From assembly GCA_964440965.1 (NCBI GenBank), contig CAYYKQ010000001.1, positions 1 to 60,987 on the forward strand: 60,987 bases of DNA, written 5' to 3'. A program made the position numbers and the translations under genes. A model generated the notes under the pieces. The model worked only from the letters and a program-made list of their open reading frames with translations. It was not told the origin of the DNA and searched no databases. This DNA comes from an uncultured Anaerolineae bacterium. Its GTDB lineage: Bacteria; Chloroflexota; Anaerolineae; CAYYKQ01. This document shows, piece by piece, positions 56,660-60,987 of the stretch (within the stretch, counting starts at the first letter, position 1; each line of letters begins with the position of its first letter).

Positions 56660-56722
56660 CTATTGCAAAGTGGGAATAGACTATTGCAAAGTGGGAATAG
56701 GCTATTGCGAAATTGAAATGAC
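56660..56722 (+). promoter_or_regulatory. Three tandem 21-bp repeats immediately upstream of the methyltransferase gene
   Basis: ctattgcaaagtgggaataga / ctattgcaaagtgggaatagg / ctattgcgaaattgaaatgac. Each unit contains a -35-like ttgcaa or ttgcga. Confidence 0.75.
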
Positions 56723-56751
56723 TTTTGGCTCATAAATCGAGAGGTATCATT

Positions 56752-59343
56752 GTGATCTATTATATCGAGCACGATTTCCCCATCGAAAAGCTCAACCCCC
56801 TGGCCCAGCGGGAGGCCAACGCCAAGCGACCCATCGCCATGCTCCACAAGTGGTGGGCCAGGCGGCTGGGCTGCGTCTTCCGTACCATCATCCTGGCCAG
56901 TCTCATCCCCGCCCAGGAATGGAAACGGCTGGACGAGGAGGTGCGCAGGGCGGGCCTCGATGCCTGGACGGCCCTCTATTACCGGGAACACCCCAAGGCC
57001 AAGGCCCTCATCGAGCGTTACCTTAAGGACAAAATCGTCCTCGACCCCTTCATGGGCGGGGGAACCACCATCGTGGAGGCGCTCCGCTTAGGATGCAAGG
57101 TCATCGGGGTGGACGTGAACCCCGTGGCCTGGTTCATCACCAAGAAGTCCATCGAGCCAGTGGACTTGGACAAACTGGACGCCGCCTTCGAGCGCCTGAG
57201 GGAGGAGGTGGCTCCCGAAATCCTTCACTTCTACCGCACCCGCTGTCCCCATGGCGACCACGAGGCCGATGTGATGTACGTCTTCTGGGTGAAGCAGGTG
57301 CGCTGCACAAGCTGCGGGCGGAAGACGAGGCTCTTCAACTCCTTCCGCCTGGCGACGAGGAAGGGCAAAGATGTAGTCTTCTGCCCCCGCTGCTACTGGG
57401 TGGGCGAGGTGGAAGAGGGGACGCCGCGCGTGGTCTGCCCCGACTGCGGGCACGAGTTCGCGCCCCGTAAGGGCTACTCCGGGCGGGGGAAATTCCGCTG
57501 CGAGCACTGCGGCCACATGGACAGGCTGGTGGACTGGGTGCGGCGCACGGGCCAGGCTCCCGAATACGAGATGTTCGCCATCGAGTATTGGTGCCCCACC
57601 TGCAAGGTGCGGGGCTACAAAGGCGCCGACGAGTTTGACCGGGACCTCTACCGCCAGGCCTGCCTGGAGTTCGAGCGGGAGAAGGCCAAGCTGCCCCTGC
57701 CGGAAGGCGAAATCCCCGCCGAAGGGCGCAGCGACCCCCGCCCCATCAGCTTCGGCATGCGCCACTGGACAGACCTCTTCAACCCCCGCCAGCTTCTGTG
57801 TCTGGGGAGGCTTCTAGCGGCCATTTTGGAGATAGAGGACAAAGCCGTACGGGAGCTGATGGTGGTGACGCTGTCGGATGCAGCTGATACTAACAATACG
57901 CTTTGCACTTATTTGGCACCCCGTTCGGAAGTAGAGCGAATGTTTGGGCGACATGCCTACTGGCCCTCTGACCAATTTGTAGAGAACAACGTTTGGGGTA
58001 CCAAGTTTGGCCGAGGCACATTTTCGGCAGTTTTTAACAAAACTCGCCGTGCTCTAACTTGGGCACTCCACCCCAGCGAAAGGGCTTATAACAGTCGTGA
58101 CAGAGTACCTACTGATGACACCGCTTGCGCTTGGGTTAGCAACAATATTGATGAAGTCACCAACGGCTCAGAACGGGCTTTTCTTTCTGCTCGCAGTGCC
58201 GAGGACCTCTCTTACATCCTATCCAAATCCGTAGATGCGGTTATCACCGACCCACCGTATTACTCAAATGTTCAATACGCGGAACTCTCAGACTTCTTCT
58301 ATGTCTGGCTACGGGCTGCGCTTGCCGGCACGTACTCAGAATTCAATGCGCCCATTGTCCCTAAAGAAACGGAAATCGTGGTCAATGTTAAGGCAGGCAA
58401 GACAGATGAGCATTTCCGTCAAGGATTGCTACGCTGCTTCAAAGAGTGTCATCGTGTGCTCAAAGATGAAGGATTAATGGCTTTCACCTTCCATCACGAG
58501 AAGGCCAAGGCCTGGGGTGCTGTTTTGGAGGCCGTGCTAGAAGCCGGTTTTGACATAGAGGCAGTATGGACTTACCACTCGGAAAAAACCGGCGGAGCAC
58601 ATGGAGCTGGCATTCGCTTCGACACCATCATCGTCTGCCGGAAGCGGCTGGAGGAGGCGGAGCCGGCGGCGTGGGGGGAGCTGAGGGACAAGATCGTGCT
58701 GGCCGTGAGGGAGGAGCTGAGGCGGCTGCTGGAGAACGGAGCGGCACTATCCACCGAGGACGTCTTCGTCATCACCATGGGCAAGGCCCTCTCCATCTAC
58801 TCCCGCCACTGGCCCAAGGTGCTCCACGACGGCCAGGAGGTCAGGCTCACCCAGGCCATCGAGGACATCGAGTCCCTGGTGGACGAGCAAATTGACGCCT
58901 ACTTCGGCATGGTCACCCCTCCCTGGCTGGACGTGCTATCCCGGGTCTACCTCCAGCACCTGGCCCGCAGGAAGGCGGTGACCAAGGACACACTGGTCAA
59001 AGCCTGCCGCACCAGGGGGTTGGACTTCGCCGAGCTGGAGGGGGCAAACTACATCAAAAGGGCGAAGAAGGCCGGCCTCTACGAGGTCCTCTCCCCCCAG
59101 AAGCGCCTGAGGTGGCTGGAGGAGAGGCTGGAGGAGGGCGAGGACCTCTCGCCCATAGACCGCGCCCATTACCTCTACGCCCTCTACAATGCACGTAGGC
59201 CCCTGCGGGGCGAAATTCCCAGGGTTTACACCAGGGGGCTGGAGGAGGTCTGCGATGCCCTGTATCGCATCACAAGGGATAGGGCCTACGAGGTCATCGG
59301 CGGGCAGATAAAGCGAGTGAAGGAGCAGATGGCGTTGATGTAA
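56752..59343 (+). CDS. DUF1156 zinc-ribbon N6-adenine DNA methyltransferase (COG1743-type, PglXI-like)
   Basis: N-terminus FPIEKLNPLAQREANAKRPIAMLHKWWARRLG. Motif I LDPFMGGGTT. Five CxxC pairs. Motif IV AVITDPPYYSNVQY. GTG 56752 has the SD gagagg. The tracked start TTG 56725 is an alternative. Confidence 0.8.
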   Translation: MIYYIEHDFPIEKLNPLAQREANAKRPIAMLHKWWARRLGCVFRTIILASLIPAQEWKRLDEEVRRAGLDAWTALYYREHPKAKALIERYLKDKIVLDPFMGGGTTIVEALRLGCKVIGVDVNPVAWFITKKSIEPVDLDKLDAAFERLREEVAPEILHFYRTRCPHGDHEADVMYVFWVKQVRCTSCGRKTRLFNSFRLATRKGKDVVFCPRCYWVGEVEEGTPRVVCPDCGHEFAPRKGYSGRGKFRCEHCGHMDRLVDWVRRTGQAPEYEMFAIEYWCPTCKVRGYKGADEFDRDLYRQACLEFEREKAKLPLPEGEIPAEGRSDPRPISFGMRHWTDLFNPRQLLCLGRLLAAILEIEDKAVRELMVVTLSDAADTNNTLCTYLAPRSEVERMFGRHAYWPSDQFVENNVWGTKFGRGTFSAVFNKTRRALTWALHPSERAYNSRDRVPTDDTACAWVSNNIDEVTNGSERAFLSARSAEDLSYILSKSVDAVITDPPYYSNVQYAELSDFFYVWLRAALAGTYSEFNAPIVPKETEIVVNVKAGKTDEHFRQGLLRCFKECHRVLKDEGLMAFTFHHEKAKAWGAVLEAVLEAGFDIEAVWTYHSEKTGGAHGAGIRFDTIIVCRKRLEEAEPAAWGELRDKIVLAVREELRRLLENGAALSTEDVFVITMGKALSIYSRHWPKVLHDGQEVRLTQAIEDIESLVDEQIDAYFGMVTPPWLDVLSRVYLQHLARRKAVTKDTLVKACRTRGLDFAELEGANYIKRAKKAGLYEVLSPQKRLRWLEERLEEGEDLSPIDRAHYLYALYNARRPLRGEIPRVYTRGLEEVCDALYRITRDRAYEVIGGQIKRVKEQMALM

Positions 59344-59425
59344 TTTTTGAGTGCACAAGCTCTGCAAAAAGCTTGAAAGATTTAACGCTCGCTACCGAAG
59401 TGGGCGGCAATAGGAGGTAAGGTAT

Positions 59426-59656
59426 ATGGCCTTGGAAATTGCTCCCAGAATTGTGGTTGACCCGACCGTCCGTTTTGGCAAACCGGTCATCAAAGGCACG
59501 CGGGTGCCCGTGGATTTGATCGTGGCAAAGCTGGCCGGGGGGATGAAGATTGAAGAGGTGGCCAAGGAATACGATATCACGGCAGAGGACATATATGCTG
59601 CCCTCGCTTATGCGGCTAAACTAATAGCCAGCGAAGAGATAAGGGCGGTGGTATGA
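59426..59656 (+). CDS. DUF433-family putative antitoxin (second copy)
   Basis: FGKPVIKGTRVPVDLIVAKLAGGMKIEEVAKEY. Overlaps the toxin start by 4 nt. Confidence 0.75.
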   Translation: MALEIAPRIVVDPTVRFGKPVIKGTRVPVDLIVAKLAGGMKIEEVAKEYDITAEDIYAALAYAAKLIASEEIRAVV

Positions 59657-60018
59657 AATGGCGATTCCTGGTTGATGAAGATATGCCCCGCTCTACAGCG
59701 GCAATGCTCCGCGAGGCAGGACACTATGCGGAGGACGTCAGAGATGTTGGGCTTCGCGGTTGTAGCGACCAGGAGGTCTTTGATTACGCCCAATCCCAGG
59801 GAGCTATCTTAGTAACCGCTGATAAAGGCTTTGCTAACGTGCTACGATTCCCTCTTGGAAGCCATTCCGGCATTATCGTAGTCCGAGTGCCTGGTGTATT
59901 GCCAACGAAAGCGGTAAATGGAGAGCTACTGCGGGTTTTAACCGAATTAGAAGGGCAGAAGTTAGAAGGCGCGCTGATCATCGTAGAAGTAGGCCGCATC
60001 CGCATCAGGCGTCCATAG
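59653..60018 (+). CDS. DUF5615-family PIN-like putative toxin (second copy)
   Basis: MKWRFLVDEDMPRSTAAMLREAGH...ILVTADKGFANVL. Confidence 0.7.
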   Translation: MKWRFLVDEDMPRSTAAMLREAGHYAEDVRDVGLRGCSDQEVFDYAQSQGAILVTADKGFANVLRFPLGSHSGIIVVRVPGVLPTKAVNGELLRVLTELEGQKLEGALIIVEVGRIRIRRP

Positions 60019-60137
60019 TTGTTTTAGAGGGTGTCTGAAGAAGCCAAAGCCTACTGCCTCTCCCAAGTTCGTGAGGAGGCTGAGGGAAGCGCGGGATTTT
60101 AGGGCGGTTGGAGAAACAAGGGGTGCTGATGTGACAA

Positions 60138-60170
60138 AGACCTCCGAGGTTTCCGAAACCTCGGAAGTCT
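60138..60170 (+). other. 15-bp-stem hairpin (one mismatch) directly upstream of the SD of the 60182 ORF
   Basis: agacctccgaggttt-ccg-aaacctcggaagtct. Its right-arm 12-mer recurs at 60604-60615. Confidence 0.6.
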
Positions 60171-60181
60171 GAGGAGGTCAA

Positions 60182-60598
60182 ATGGCCTTAGCGCCCGGCT
60201 TCTACATCATTGAGAAGAGCCAACTGGGGAAGGACATCCCCAGGCCTAAGGAGACGATGAGCATCATCGCCTTCCTGAGAGCAGTGCGGAGAAGGGAAGA
60301 GCTTCCCAAAGAGGTCTGCGTCATCGGGCTGGAGAGGCTCCTCTACCGCGCCGCCGACAGGCGCAAGGCCGCCAGGGTCATCCAGCAAGCCCTTTACAAC
60401 CCTCAGGCCGTGCACCACCTGCGACGCCAGGCGCTGGTGGTGGTCTTGCCCCTCGAATACCTGGACCTCTCTCTTCATTGGAAAGCGGGCATCAGGCGAG
60501 GCAGAATAGCAGAGGAAGTCTTCGCCGTGGAGTGGGTCTTCCCCCGCGCGGACATCAGAGCCGTGGGGGAAACGGACGTGTGCTACAGCATGTTCTAA
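60182..60598 (+). CDS. Hypothetical protein (138 aa)
   Basis: SD gaggagg precedes the ATG. No family recognised. A comparably long antisense ORF exists, so coding status is uncertain. Confidence 0.35.
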   Translation: MALAPGFYIIEKSQLGKDIPRPKETMSIIAFLRAVRRREELPKEVCVIGLERLLYRAADRRKAARVIQQALYNPQAVHHLRRQALVVVLPLEYLDLSLHWKAGIRRGRIAEEVFAVEWVFPRADIRAVGETDVCYSMF

Positions 60599-60637
60599 CC
60601 GAGACCTCGGAGGTCCGAACAAGGGGAGGAGCTACTT

Positions 60638-60760
60638 ATGCGCAACATCTTGGTCACCGGCGGGGCCGGGTTCATTGGCCCCAACTTTTGCGACGCCGAG
60701 GCGGTGGAGCGCACGACCCGGGAGCACAGGATAGGCGCCATTTTAGACTCCGAAGTATGA
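60638..60760 (+). pseudogene. Truncated N-terminus of an NAD-dependent sugar epimerase/dehydratase (RmlB-like)
   Basis: MRNILVTGGAGFIGPNF is the canonical Rossmann start with SD ggggagga. The sequence then becomes unrelated and stops after 40 codons. Confidence 0.5.
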
Positions 60761-60987
60761 GATCTCCCGATCTCGCCTAACCCTACACGGATTTCTCACA
60801 GATAGAAGGTGTGGAGACGGATATGCCGATGCCTATCCTGCGAGACAAAGGCAGCCGAGGACGATGAGGTTTCTTTCGATTTCGCGTTCGACCTTAATGG
60901 ATAGCCACAGGAGCATCAAGGTGAGGGCCAAACCCTGGCATGGCTGGTTGGGTTTGGGCCTCGTCGCTATCTTCTGGCCACTGAGCT

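Noticed and set aside
60780-60987. Possible start of a membrane protein (VRAKPWHGWLGLGLVAIFWPL) at the window edge.
   Set aside because: Too short and truncated by the window end to support a call.

Overview
The window is 61 kb of high-GC bacterial chromosome. PT-rich linkers, an LVIVD protein and monoderm-style lipoproteins suggest a Chloroflexota-like organism, but this is unconfirmed. All calls rest on motif reading by eye; no searches were run.

Gene content, left to right:
- 1-9.7 kb, minus strand: a beta-oxidation operon with two acyl-CoA dehydrogenases, enoyl-CoA hydratase, 3-hydroxyacyl-CoA dehydrogenase, thiolase and a TetR regulator. It is interrupted by a secreted propeller protein and a DUF433/DUF5615 toxin-antitoxin cassette.
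- 9.8-21.6 kb: housekeeping genes (GH37 trehalase, recN, nadK, hisS, lgt overlapping a lipoprotein metallopeptidase, an IMPase, VanW).
- 21.7-25.4 kb: a 1218-aa S8 protease.
- 25.8-27.3 kb: tandem tRNA-Met and tRNA-fMet next to a decayed DDE transposase and a frameshifted chagasin-type inhibitor.
- 27.4-35.3 kb: a lipid-remodelling operon, priA, a Memo-like gene and nfo.
- 35.5-43.7 kb: an exopolysaccharide-type cluster (GT4, two Wzz-like genes, an LVIVD protein, a BY-kinase, a sugar-1-P nucleotidyltransferase) containing an untracked 30-aa bS22-like ORF.
- 43.8-51 kb: a roughly 1900-aa mosaic surface protein and a B12-binding radical SAM gene.

The main candidate system is a translationally coupled four-gene BREX-like defence operon at 50,993-59,343:
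- a DUF499/BrxC-like ATPase;
- a 324-aa mini-PglZ;
- a Schlafen/AlbA_2 protein (COG2865-type);
- a DUF1156 zinc-ribbon N6-adenine methyltransferase.

The operon has no helicase or Lon gene. It carries three 21-bp tandem repeats in front of the methyltransferase and a sharp low-GC patch inside that gene. A second DUF433/DUF5615 pair lies directly downstream.

Other observations:
- Four secreted proteins share a [FY]LPx[IV]LK[ND][YC] motif.
- The operon spacers contain word-repeat hairpins.
- A 50-bp direct repeat brackets the first toxin-antitoxin cassette.

No CRISPR array or rRNA gene was seen.
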